Below are positions 1-10,264 of a stretch of DNA of 64,000 nt, in pieces (position 1 is the first letter of the stretch; the number at the start of each line of letters is the position of its first letter). This DNA comes from Schmidtea polychroa (lineage: Eukaryota). Location of the stretch: positions 264,120,001 to 264,184,000 of the forward strand of contig CM097885.1 of NCBI GenBank assembly GCA_044892525.1, in the 5' to 3' direction. A model generated the notes under the pieces. The model did not search any database and was not told where the DNA came from. It was given only the letters and a program-made list of their open reading frames with translations. Both the position numbers and the translations under genes were made by a program.

Positions 1-2
1 TG

Positions 3-817
3 TCATCTAATGATTTTCCTTGTAGTTGTAGATGGAATGGGGTTTCGTATGCTAGTTTCTTTTTCAATTCTCTGATTTTTGTGGTTGGGTGTACCTCTAC
101 TTCCTCTACATTTTTAATTCGAATTCGATATCTTTCTTGGGTGTCTTGTGACCATTCATGGTTTCGCCACTTCCCAATGATTTGTTCCAATTGTTCCGGG
201 TACCATTCGTTGTATTGTCGGTATTCCTCTATAGTCTTTACTATCTCTCTCAGATACTGGATATTGTCCGATATTTTTAGGATGAAATTGGCTAGTGCTA
301 TCGTTTGCCTTTTTTGATTCTTTGTCCCCGTCTCTAAGATGTCGCTTAGTTGTTTGTATCTTTCTCTTTCTTCTCGATCTCTCGCTTCTTTTGCCTCTTC
401 ACCGTCTATGTCGGCGTACTCGCGTTCCTTCTTTCTCATCGTATGAATATGCCTGATTTCGGTTTCACTTTCTGACGTAACATCCGTTTCGCTTTCGTCG
501 TCCGATATCGATTCTATTTCGTCCTCTTCGTATTTTGGAGGTTCATCTTCCTCTTCTTCTGATTCACTTTCTGTCTCACCAATGTCTGTTTCTACGAAAA
601 TCCCTTTCCTGATTTCCCATTCTTTGTTTTCCGCATTCCACATCCTTTCCCATGGGGTTCGTCTGCAGGATCTAGTACTCAGTTTCTTTATTTTTCCTTG
701 AAGCTCTTTTTCTTTTAGCCACTGTTGATGAATTTCAATTATCTCTACTGATTTTTGGTATAACGTTTTCATCCTGTCTCTTATTTCTTTCTGGTATGTT
801 ACATCTCTTGTTCGGAA
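3..817 (-). pseudogene. Further decayed continuation of the polyprotein (acidic tract, coiled coil), one frameshift near 390
   Basis: Hand translation after the TAA at 818 stays open in the same frame (FRTRDVTYQKEIRDRMK...ESEEEDEPPKYEEDE...). It then shifts to EIEKKEKRYKQLSDILETG...YPEQLEQIIGKW. Confidence 0.6.
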
Positions 818-1549
818 TTAGTCCATGGGCAATATTCTGATGATTTGATGATTATCCCACATTCCCATTTCACTTAACGAGGTATCGTCTTCAGCCCGTA
901 ATATTATTTTATCGTACATCATGACTACATCATCTATCATCCCGTCGCTACTCTCGCTTCGTACTTTTTCCGTTATCTCTCGGTTTATCTTTGTTACTAA
1001 GTCATCCACCGTACTCTGATTACTCATCTTTATTCGTCGTTTCTCCTCGTTTGGTAGCCATATGGTTATTTCCAATTTCTGCGGTTGCGTTTCTTTTAAT
1101 CTTCCGTATTTGTGGATCAAATTTATGGTTCTCCAATCGCTCATTCGGAGCAATTCTGTATCTCGCAGTCGGCTCATTAGTTCATGCATATCTGGAGTTC
1201 GTCTTGCTATGAGCAAATCCCAGTTATCTTCGACTTGTTCTTGAATTTGTTTGATTAGTTTATCTAGATTCCGCCTTAAAGTGCATTGTTTTATTTGTTC
1301 CAATTTCAGCTTGATATTGAAATCGTATTCAGCCTTGGCGTCTTTAGCCCATTCATGAACATTAGCTGGTTGCTTCTCTTTATGCAACTTCAATATTTGA
1401 GTTTCTCCTGGCCAGATCAATGCATCTATTAGGTGCATGTCTGGTTTGATTTGTTCTCCTTGATATTGATACAGATATTCTTTCTTTCTTGAATTACCCA
1501 AATGTTCTCTTATCCAATCGAAAAGATCGTCTGTGACTGTATTTTTTAT
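818..1549 (-). pseudogene. In-frame continuation of the Gag polyprotein beyond a single TAG; contains two ubiquitin-like segments
   Basis: Same frame as 1550..3598 (ERI*IKNTVTDDLFDWIREHLGNSR...). UBL-like patterns YQYQGEQIKPDMHLIDALIWPGETQILKL and ITIWLPNEEKRRIKMSNQSTVDDLVTKI...DDTSLSEMGMWDNHQIIRIL. Confidence 0.7.
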
Positions 1550-3598
1550 CTATATTCTCTCGAGTCCTTTACTCGTTCCGATTTTTATTACGTAGCGTGT
1601 TGTCTCCGCTTGTTTCATTTTTTCCATATACTTCTTTATTATCGCTTTCTCCTCGCTTGGTATTAAATCTTTTTCGTTTCTTTCCAGTTTCATTATCTTT
1701 TGTATGAAACGTCTGTATGGTATGATGTCAATGAAATCCTGGTTTCTTACCACCACTGGAAGTATTTCTTTTACTTGTTTTATCGCTTCTTCTTTTTCCT
1801 TTCTCAGTTTCATCTCGATATTCTCATCTTCACTTTCGCTTGTCACATCGCTTTCACTTTCATCCTCATCTTCTCCGATCTTTTTCTTTAGTTGTTCGAT
1901 ATTTTCATTTAACTGTAATATTTCTCCACCGAGGCTACTCACATAATCCTCCTCGTCATCTGTTGACAATACCTTCTTTGTCGTCCTCATCATGTTAATT
2001 CGTAAATTTCTCATTCTTGATACTTTCTTGAGCTTTTTATTCCCAAATATCGTTAATTCTTCCGATTCTAATTCTTGTACCATTTCATGGGTTAAATGAC
2101 TAGTTTGTTTCTCGTTTCCGTCATTTATCGCTTCTGCTTCTGTTTTTGTTTTCTCATGTTCTCTTTCGATCTTATCTTTTATCTTTTTCCAAAATATTTT
2201 CTGGATTCTCTGATTTCCCTTTAACGGTGTTGTTGGGCTTTCCTTTTTGGTTTCTATAATTGTTTCTTTCAGTTTCTCTGGTTCGATCATAGGTACAACT
2301 CTTGGATTTTTACCGTAATTGTAACAATATTGCTCTTTTATCTCCTTTACCATTCTCATCATATTTATTCGTAATGGTTGTTCTTGTCGCTGCTGAATTC
2401 GCTCTCTTTTTATTCTCTCTTCCTCAGCTTGTAGTCTCTGCCATTCGTGTGCATGTTGTTGCACTTCATAATTGTTAAGATTCTCGGTGCTCCTCATCAT
2501 GCGTATATTCTGGGTTTGTTGTGGTACTTGTTCTTGTCTCGGTCTCATTATTTGTTGCATCATCTGCTTCATTTGTGAAATTTCTTGCATCACATTCATT
2601 TGTTTTCCCTCACTGGGGTTACTTTGTCGTTGCGGATTTGGTGCATAATTATTATTTCGCTGTGGTGGTCGTTGTTGTTGGCCCCTTTCTCGACAGTCTC
2701 TTGAGATGTGACCTGGTTGACCACAGTTAAAACATCCTCTCAATTGACATATATTTTCCGTGTGTCCTCGTCGTCCGCATCTATTACAATTTGCGTTTCG
2801 GTAACAATCTCTATCCCAATGTCCTGGTTTACCGCATGTTCGGCATTGTTTGTTATCGTTCGTATTTCGTCGATTATTACAATTATTTCCATTGTTCGAG
2901 TTGTTGCGTTCACTGTTATTCCCGTTTGATCGTCCTTGCGGTGGTTTGAAAATTTGGTGCGCACCTGGTATGAACTGATTCATCTTGGGTTCATGATTGT
3001 TGTTATCTCCATTTTCTGTTTTCACCGTAGCTGCTGCGATTCTTCCCTCCTCCTGCATGACATTCATTTGTGCCGGGAGGTGTAGTTCGCATCTTGTGGC
3101 CCAATCTATGGCCTCTTCTAGTGTTTTACACATCTGACATCCCACCGAGGCTCTTACCTCTTCCCGGCGTAGTCCTTCTATGAAATAACCAATTAGATTT
3201 TCCTCCGGCAAGTTTCCGTTCATGGCCTTCTTTGCCAATCTTCGCAATTCGCTTGCGTATAACGTTATTGATTCATTTGCTCTTTGTTTTCTACTCGCTA
3301 ATTCTCCTAGGGCTTGATTTATTGGTTTGCTGGCCCCGAATGTTTTTCTCAAAAATGTTTTGATGGTTTCCCAATTGTCTAATTTCGTATTTCTTTCTTT
3401 TGCTTCTAGATACACTTCGAGTGCGCTATCGCACAAAAACAGAGGCATTCGTTTGCTAATTGCTTCCGCTGTCCATCCGCACACATCGATATAGACTTCA
3501 AAATTTGTTATGAACGTTGCCAACTTGTTCGCATTCCCGTTAAACGGTTCGCCTCTAAATTTTTCTTTATACTCGTCGGTTTTTACCACATTCGTCAT
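1550..3598 (-). CDS. gag: Gag-like polyprotein (retrotransposon capsid-like region, three CCHC zinc knuckles, long charged C-terminal extension)
   Basis: CRTCGKPGHWDRDC, CNRCGRRGHTENIC and CFNCGQPGHISRDC knuckles; N-terminal EPFNG..KLATFITNFE capsid-like region. The frame is open upstream to a TAA at 3919-3921. Confidence 0.9.
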   Translation of the reverse strand: MTNVVKTDEYKEKFRGEPFNGNANKLATFITNFEVYIDVCGWTAEAISKRMPLFLCDSALEVYLEAKERNTKLDNWETIKTFLRKTFGASKPINQALGELASRKQRANESITLYASELRRLAKKAMNGNLPEENLIGYFIEGLRREEVRASVGCQMCKTLEEAIDWATRCELHLPAQMNVMQEEGRIAAATVKTENGDNNNHEPKMNQFIPGAHQIFKPPQGRSNGNNSERNNSNNGNNCNNRRNTNDNKQCRTCGKPGHWDRDCYRNANCNRCGRRGHTENICQLRGCFNCGQPGHISRDCRERGQQQRPPQRNNNYAPNPQRQSNPSEGKQMNVMQEISQMKQMMQQIMRPRQEQVPQQTQNIRMMRSTENLNNYEVQQHAHEWQRLQAEEERIKRERIQQRQEQPLRINMMRMVKEIKEQYCYNYGKNPRVVPMIEPEKLKETIIETKKESPTTPLKGNQRIQKIFWKKIKDKIEREHEKTKTEAEAINDGNEKQTSHLTHEMVQELESEELTIFGNKKLKKVSRMRNLRINMMRTTKKVLSTDDEEDYVSSLGGEILQLNENIEQLKKKIGEDEDESESDVTSESEDENIEMKLRKEKEEAIKQVKEILPVVVRNQDFIDIIPYRRFIQKIMKLERNEKDLIPSEEKAIIKKYMEKMKQAETTRYVIKIGTSKGLERI

Positions 3599-4177
3599 GA
3601 CTGGTTCTTGTAACTCTATTGTTTCTTTTAAATTTTCCAGCGATGTCGCTAAATTATGGACGGATAATTCTTCTGTTGACCCGGTTAGGTTGTTTGTTAT
3701 ATCGGATAGGCTTTCTCTGCTTCTAGATCGACTAGGGGTGTATCCGAGGTTTTCTTGGTCAAATGTTGGTACTTGATTTGTTCTTTTTGCTCCTTGTGAT
3801 CTTCCTCTTTGCTGTTTTATGGATCGTCCTCTTCTGAGCTGTTCTAGTTCGTCTCCTGAAAATAATACGTCTCTTGACTTACTTGAGGATCTGAGATTTA
3901 GTTTCTCCGTGGTTCCTTTTTACGCCTCTCTATCGCCTCTTAGGGGTTTCTCGGCAATTAGCGGCTGCTGACTTGAGTGAATTCGGTTTTGTCGGTGTTC
4001 CGAGTCCTTGGCAATTGGTTGTTAGTGTTATGAGACGTCTTCCGTTCTTGGAATCTTCGGGTTGTGTTACTCCTACTGATCGGGTTCTGGATTGGTTATT
4101 TCTAGTTGGTCGTTGATTTCTTCGAATTCCTTTGTGCAGGTTCTGGATTGGCTTGATTGACTGGATTGGTTTGATAT

Positions 4178-4602
4178 CTAAAATGAAAAAATGATCTCGT
4201 GTTGCATCTGCTTACACGACTTCATCATTCTTTCTGCAACATTCAAACACAGACACCGTTTAGGGCCTCTGTTATGCTTCTCTTTATTCCCCATACAATT
4301 CCTCGTGGATTATAGTTACCCATCAACCCATAGTTTTCGTCGATTTTAAATTATCTATTTGGGGTAGTAATAATTATCTATATGGTCGTATCAATTATCT
4401 ATAGTTCCCATTTATAATAACGATAGGTCGTTGTCAGTTACTGCTTATCACCCCCCATATTTTCTTAATCCTTTTACGCGGTTCCGCTATTTACTTAATT
4501 TTTCGTCTCTGTTCCCCTTTACTCGGTTCTACTCTGAACCAAAAAATTCAGATTCGTTTATCCGGTTTAAACCAAAAATTCTGTAGACTTTTGTCTACTT
4601 AC
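4178..4602 (-). other. Intron in the leader upstream of gag (element 1)
   Basis: Donor cccaa|GTAAGTAG at 4602, matched by cccag|GTAAGTAG at 16112 in element 2. Acceptor ttttcattttAG|ATATC at 4178. Confidence 0.6.
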
Positions 4603-4862
4603 TTGGGATCCCCTTTAATTAATTAATTACCTTCCTTTTTACTCGTCATTTATTCCCACTTATTCTCTACTTTTACTATCTCCTCAATTCATTTTCCTTT
4701 TCCGATTCTCCTTTTCTACTAAAAGGGTTTTGCTTTCATCTTCTATGAGCTCGTTTAATCCTTTCTAAATTCGACTTCTCGTATCCCAATTCAATTCGTT
4801 TCTAGCTAGCTTAATATTCTATCTCATTATCAACTTAAATACTATCCAATCATTTTCTAGGC

Positions 4863-5390
4863 CTTTACGACTGGCTGGCACTTTTCAACAGCTCAATCTT
4901 CTTCCTTCTGACCGGTTGGACTATTCGACAACTCGATCTTACGACTGGCTGGCACTATTCAACAGCTCAATCTTCTTCCTTCTGACCGGTTGGACTATTC
5001 GACAACTCGATCTTACGACTGGCTGGCACTATTCAACAGCTCAATCTTCTTCCTTCTGACCGGTTGGACTATTCGACAACTCGATCTTACGACTGGCTGG
5101 CACTATTCAACAGCTCAATCTTCTTCCTTCCGACCGGTTGGACTATTCGACAACTCGATCTTACGACTGGCTGGCACTATTCAACAGCTCAATCTTCTTC
5201 CTTTCGACCGGTTGGACTATTCGACAACTCGATCTTACGACTGGCTGGCACTATTCAACAGCTCAATCTTCTTCCTCTCCAAACTGGCTGGACTTTTCAC
5301 AGCTCAGTTCTAATTTCCCTGACTGGCTGGACTTTTCACAGCTCAGTTCTAACTTCCCTGACTGGCTGGACTATTCAACAGCTCGGCCTT
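4863..5390. repeat. Tandem array: ~5.6 copies of a 74-bp unit (two ~37-bp subunits) followed by ~3 copies of a related 39-bp unit
   Basis: Unit cttacgactggctggcactattcaacagctcaatcttcttccttctgaccggttggactattcgacaactcgat; period 74 also shown by ORF starts 4990/5064/5138. Confidence 0.97.
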
Positions 5391-5970
5391 AATTTTTCGA
5401 CTCTGCATGCTTCCATCTTTTCTTTACCTTTATTCTAGACTGTCATCTTTCCTTTTATTTTTACTTTTTATTTGTCGATCTAATCTGTGCCGCTTGAGAA
5501 TGTTTGCCCTTTTCCCCCCTTGCTCAAAACGCAAAACGATCGCATTGATCCATTTCTACATTGGTATGGTGATCAGCCATACCGCAGAAACTTTTCAATA
5601 TTCGCGATGGTACCTCGCCTTACATCTCTTACTCGGGGTGATCGGTTATCCCTTCCCAACCGGTTTTCGTGTATCGTACCTCCCGAAGGTGGCTCGGTTT
5701 ATTCCCCCTTTAATCCTATGTTGGGACTAGCTCCACTTTATTTTATTTGTTCAAATTAAATTTATAGATGCTCTCTCTCTATGGTGAAAATTATCATAAA
5801 GTTACTGAATTCACAATAAAATGAACACGCAAAACATTCTATTCATTAGTTGGCTTAAGTCACATGCAATATACAAATTTACTAGAAAATTGTTGATACA
5901 TCAATTAAACATAAAGGATTTAGTCAAATCGTCAATCAGATCAATTCTTTCACCGAGTGCTGCTCGCGGG

Positions 5971-6450
5971 TTAACTGAAGTAAATCGTGTGCTTCTCCTT
6001 TATTGCACATACACATAAAGAACAATGCGTTAAACTGACGGCGCATTCGTCGCAATGGCTAAGGTGTCCACAAGGTAGAATTAGAATTCTGGCAGGTCGC
6101 GTCTTACAAATGTTACAAGTTCTCAAGGCCGCTGCTTTTTCTATTATCGAGGTTCGTATTCTCTGAGACAGAGTTTTTACTTGTTCGCGTATTCTCACAT
6201 ATTCGAGGTTCAGAGCGGGGTCGTCGAGTCGTTGCTGCATCCATTGGTAATGGACAGACAAGTCGGTGTTGGTATTTGTTGATCCCAATCTGTCGGTTAG
6301 AAAGTTTTGTTTGGATATCAGCGGTGCGTTGTGGCGTTGTTGCTCTAAGAGTTCTATTTGTTTCAGTTTCTCTTTTAATGTCTTTATTGAGTCGTTTTCT
6401 ATATCGATGAATCTGCTTAGCTGTTGTAGATGTTTCCTAGCTTCTGACAT
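5971..6450 (-). CDS. Coiled-coil plus C-terminal IAP/MDM2-type C3HC4 RING finger protein (no BIR domain seen); probably a spliced terminal exon
   Basis: CNICKTRPARILILPCGHLSHCDECAVSLTHCSLCVCAIKEKHTIYFS* at the extreme C-terminus; acceptor-like ttttttttAG|AT immediately before the ATG. Confidence 0.85.
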   Translation of the reverse strand: MSEARKHLQQLSRFIDIENDSIKTLKEKLKQIELLEQQRHNAPLISKQNFLTDRLGSTNTNTDLSVHYQWMQQRLDDPALNLEYVRIREQVKTLSQRIRTSIIEKAAALRTCNICKTRPARILILPCGHLSHCDECAVSLTHCSLCVCAIKEKHTIYFS

Positions 6451-6917
6451 ATCTAAAAAAAATGTGTTGTTATTATTTGTTTTTACTGGTATTACTAATG
6501 ATTTTATTATGTTTGTAGTTAATATCCGTTTGGCTTTTATTTGTTACTTTTTCTAACTTTTGTATTTTATTTCATCTTCGTAATTCCTCCGTCATATTTT
6601 CCACTTTAATGATTTACTTTTATTGTCATTACGTTCTTTCGTCTCCCTTTTTTAATTTAATAATTTAAAATTAAACATGGTAACTAATTCCCGTTTTCTT
6701 TTCTCATCATACTCTATCCTATTCATTTATACTCATTTAGGTTCGTTTTTATTCATAACATGCTCCATTTCAAACACAAACAGTTCGTATCATCATTCTA
6801 TTGCACTATAATATCGATTCATTTCAGTCCCGATTCCATTTTTTATTATAATTAATTAAATTGTTAGTCTAACACATCGTAATACAATAATAGGCAATCA
6901 AACAATTCGAAATCAGA

Positions 6918-6935
6918 ATCCCGGCTGAGCCCCCA
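6918..6935 (-). promoter_or_regulatory. Primer-binding site, tRNA-Pro-like
   Basis: TGGGGGCTCAGCCGGGAT, 16/18 identical to the canonical tRNA-Pro PBS TGGGGGCTCGTCCGGGAT; starts 7 nt after ...GCCAACA. Confidence 0.8.
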
Positions 6936-7481
6936 AAAATCATGTTGGCATATGTGGGGAAAAGGAAATTATTGCACACACCATCATCTCACACACCCTG
7001 CATCATTACTCCGCTCAGATACTCCCCATACATACACCAAATGATCATGTACATATTCCCACGCATGGGCCCGTGGTGATGTTCCACGTTGGTGCTGCCA
7101 ACACGGGTTGGAAAAGGTTAGCAGGTGAGCCTCTGCCTTAAGACTACTCCTAACCCTTCTCGGTACGGGTTCTACGGTGCCTTAGAAGGTCTTACCCCTT
7201 GCTTCACACGAAATCCAGTCTGACCCTGGTCCGAAGGGACGACATTTAAGTTCGTAGCATATCTTCAGAAGTACCTTTCACTTAAATAAGTCACAGCAAT
7301 CCATGCATACTAGGGACAAAATGCAAGGATTTGAACAGTTATATTGAACAACAAAACCACAAAGAAATACCTTTATCATTAAATAAATAAGCACAAAACA
7401 TCAACGGGCGTATATAGGATAACGTCACTTCTTCGAGTTTTCTTATGCTGCACGAAAATATTTAACCACTGGAAGGGGTCA

Positions 7482-8220
7482 TTACGGAAACCCTTCGCCT
7501 TCCGCGATCATCGCGTCGATGTCGACGGGCAATCGGTGGTCGGACATATACTTAATACCTTCTGCTGGAATTATGCGAAAGATTTCCTTAGATGGAACGG
7601 AATGGTTGGAGGATATTTCTTTTATGGTAGACTGAGCCACCGATAGGGACGCCTCGAGAGCAGCCATCGCGTCTCGGCGTTTCTGATTTTTCTCGGCTCT
7701 GGTCGGCCGTTTCCGTTTGCGGGACGACGGGGGGTTTTCAGTGTGCGGGGTGACGACGGGTGCCACCAGAATTGGATGCAAGATGGGGTCGGTAGGTCCA
7801 CCTACCACAGGTTGAGATGGGCGGTAGGCACGATCCATGCCCTTGACAGCTCGTAGTAGTTGGTTTGGATACTTGGTGATGAAGAGGGAAAACGTTCGTT
7901 TTCTCTATGACGGGGAATTCCCGTACCCGCTTGGCTAGCTCTGCCTCCGTGTATACCTTGTGGAGGGCTTCTGATTGGGCTTTGATTGTAAGCCGTTGGC
8001 ATCGGCTTTCCTCCAGCAAGCTATCTCTACAATGTTCTAACCGGAGGATTTTCTTTCGTTCCTCCTTCATTTGTGGCGGGGAGAACCACGTACCCTCATA
8101 GAGGTCAATTCTCTTCTTTAGAGCCCCGATGTATAGATGGAGCTGCGCGATATCTGCATTTTTATCGGCGCAGGAGAAACAAGGACGAGGAATTTTTTCA
8201 GAGCTGGTCGAGGTATTCAT
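7482..8220 (-). pseudogene. Unknown coiled-coil / basic-Pro-rich protein inside the LTR, split into two overlapping frames (160 aa and 118 aa)
   Basis: ORFs 7738..8220 and 7482..7838 overlap in different frames; acceptor ttttaatctttAG precedes 8220; locally higher GC; NLS-like RKRKRPTR. Confidence 0.5.
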
Positions 8221-8759
8221 CTAAAGATTAAAAGAAAAATTTATTGTCGATCGTAAAAGTTTTTCTGGAACGTTATTTGCATTTCGCATATGAGATTCAC
8301 AAGTTTCCAAATCAAACTATTCAATGGTGATCTACACACCCGTGTCGTTGATCGATACTCGCATTCATTCAAACCCAAACATTCAAGTTAACTCACTCGT
8401 TCTTTACAATTTTATGAGAGGAAAACGGGAATTTTAGACAGAATTCATTTATTATAGTTTCATCAATCGGTATAATTTTGCGGGCTTGACCCCCCCCCCC
8501 CTTCATATGTTCCATCGTTCGAGTACCATAACCTTTAACACCATTAATATATTTCTTATTGTCCAATATTGATAAGTCTACTCCTCATTACTAAGTTCTA
8601 TGAAGTTAAGTTTGTATAAATAACAAAAATTTCGGCCTTGCTTCTTTGCATTATTTTAATATTAATCGAAATTGAAAAGGAAATCATAATATATATGTTT
8701 ATTTGAACTTTGAACGTGAATTGAAAATTTTATTTAGTTCAAATTTTTGCCGTGAGGTT

Positions 8760-10264
8760 GTCATGACGACTCTAACACAGTATGTGGTTGTGACTAAATA
8801 CTGTCATTTACTTGAGTGCTGAATATGATGTGTTGCAATGCATGCTTGTGTATTGTCAATTTCTACTATTCTGTTGACCACTATGTCTTGGTGTGTCTGG
8901 TTCGGATTATGTTTTCGAGAGTGGCTGTCTAATACTCCTAGCAAAATTATTTACGGGGATACGATCTCCCCTGACGTCCCTGCACGCAATGCTACTATCT
9001 CGTTTAACTTCGTCATTGTTATGTAATGATTAGGTCACCGAACAAATTTTCTTTTTATGTGGATTGGTTGGCGGCATACTGAGAGGGAATTCCATGTGAC
9101 GTGCTGGTAGGCATGTATTATCAAGATCCGGACTCTTAGAAATCTCTACCCGATTCGTTATGCGTGTCAGCCTTACCCATTACGCGACAAATCACTGGAG
9201 AATTGGAGCTGATAATTTATCTACTATCGTGGTCGACTTCAGATATCCGTCTGTCAATGCTCTCACTGTATCTATGGTGATGACGGTTATCGCTCTCTCT
9301 CACTGTTCAGATTCCCTTTAGTCATCTAATTCGGTTGGGTATAATCAGACTGAAATCCATTTGGCAGTTATCTGATAACTTCGACAACGGCTTCCCTCGC
9401 CTCTATCGTAAGTGTTCTGATAATTTCTCAGGATTTATTTACTCTATTTTCAGAAAAACAATCCTTATCCATAGCCTAAGAATCAACAATTCACTTAAAA
9501 GTGCACCGATGATGGATTTTGTCGTTAACTCCTTAGCGATCCAAATCCCTACCGAAAAACTTGGTGACAGTCTGTGCTAATCTCGTTGGAATTTTCTGTT
9601 TGCAACCGAAGACTATGATCCCTTCGTGTTCAGCCCACCGTAACTCGGGGACTTAAGACGTAACGATGTCGAGCCTGGACTTAACAAAATATGATTATGC
9701 CTAATATTAAAGAATTGTATTTCGAATTTCTCCGGCGAATCTCTGTGGATTTGTTTATTCGCCTCAGGTGTCTTAATTTCATCTTCTCCAAAAACAGTAT
9801 TTTCTATGCCGAACACAGACATCGCTCAGTGGAAGAATCCCCCGTGCACTATTAATATCGTCCGCCTGATGTCCTCACCCCTCCTGACCCACCTAAGGAC
9901 GGCAATCATCGCTGCCACCGTCTTTAGACCGCCAGGAAGGACGATTCGATCTCCTCAATTCGTCAATTTCAAAAATTTTTGTAATAATTATGATTAAATA
10001 AATGGCATGGTTTTATAAATTAATCGTTATAATAAAATTTACTTGTCTGGCGACCACGCCGCCTGAGTCTCGAATATGATGCCGTCCCACAATAATCACA
10101 ATTGTTCAATCACCTCTATTGCTATAAATCTAGCTTCATCCCGATTTTCAATGTCACTTCTAGTCGCCATCCTCGTGGCTTCTTCTACGGATTTATTGGA
10201 CTTTCCCGCATCATATTGGATTCCCAGACGACATCGTCGCCAGCACCATAGAGAGAGAGGAACA
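8760..10264 (-). pseudogene. Heavily decayed spliced coding region of unknown family inside the LTR
   Basis: Protein-like stretches broken by stops and shifts (RDEARFIAIEVIEQL*LLWDGIIFE; AAMIAVLRWVRRGEDIRRTILIVHGGFFH*AMSVFG; HQDIVVNRIVEIDNTQACIAT); donor near 10043. Family not recognised. Confidence 0.4.

Noticed and set aside
1550-1552. Programmed UAG readthrough between gag and the UBL region
   Set aside because: The stop lies inside the first UBL-like segment and lacks a known readthrough context. Other in-frame stops (818, 3919) and a frameshift show general decay.
4863-5390. CRISPR-like regular repeat array
   Set aside because: The units are contiguous and identical with no unique spacers, there are no cas genes, and the context is eukaryotic.
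6943-7103. 161-bp mini-LTR bounded by TGTTGGCA/TGCCAACA
   Set aside because: It has no promoter elements, and homology to the 20040 LTR continues past 7103 to ~7260. The long-LTR reading fits better, though it is not proven.
7040-7260. Self-cleaving ribozyme in the GC-rich LTR segment (UUCG loops, also 20945-20985)
   Set aside because: No hammerhead (CUGAUGA/GAAA), twister or HDV core found by eye. An Infernal search would be needed.
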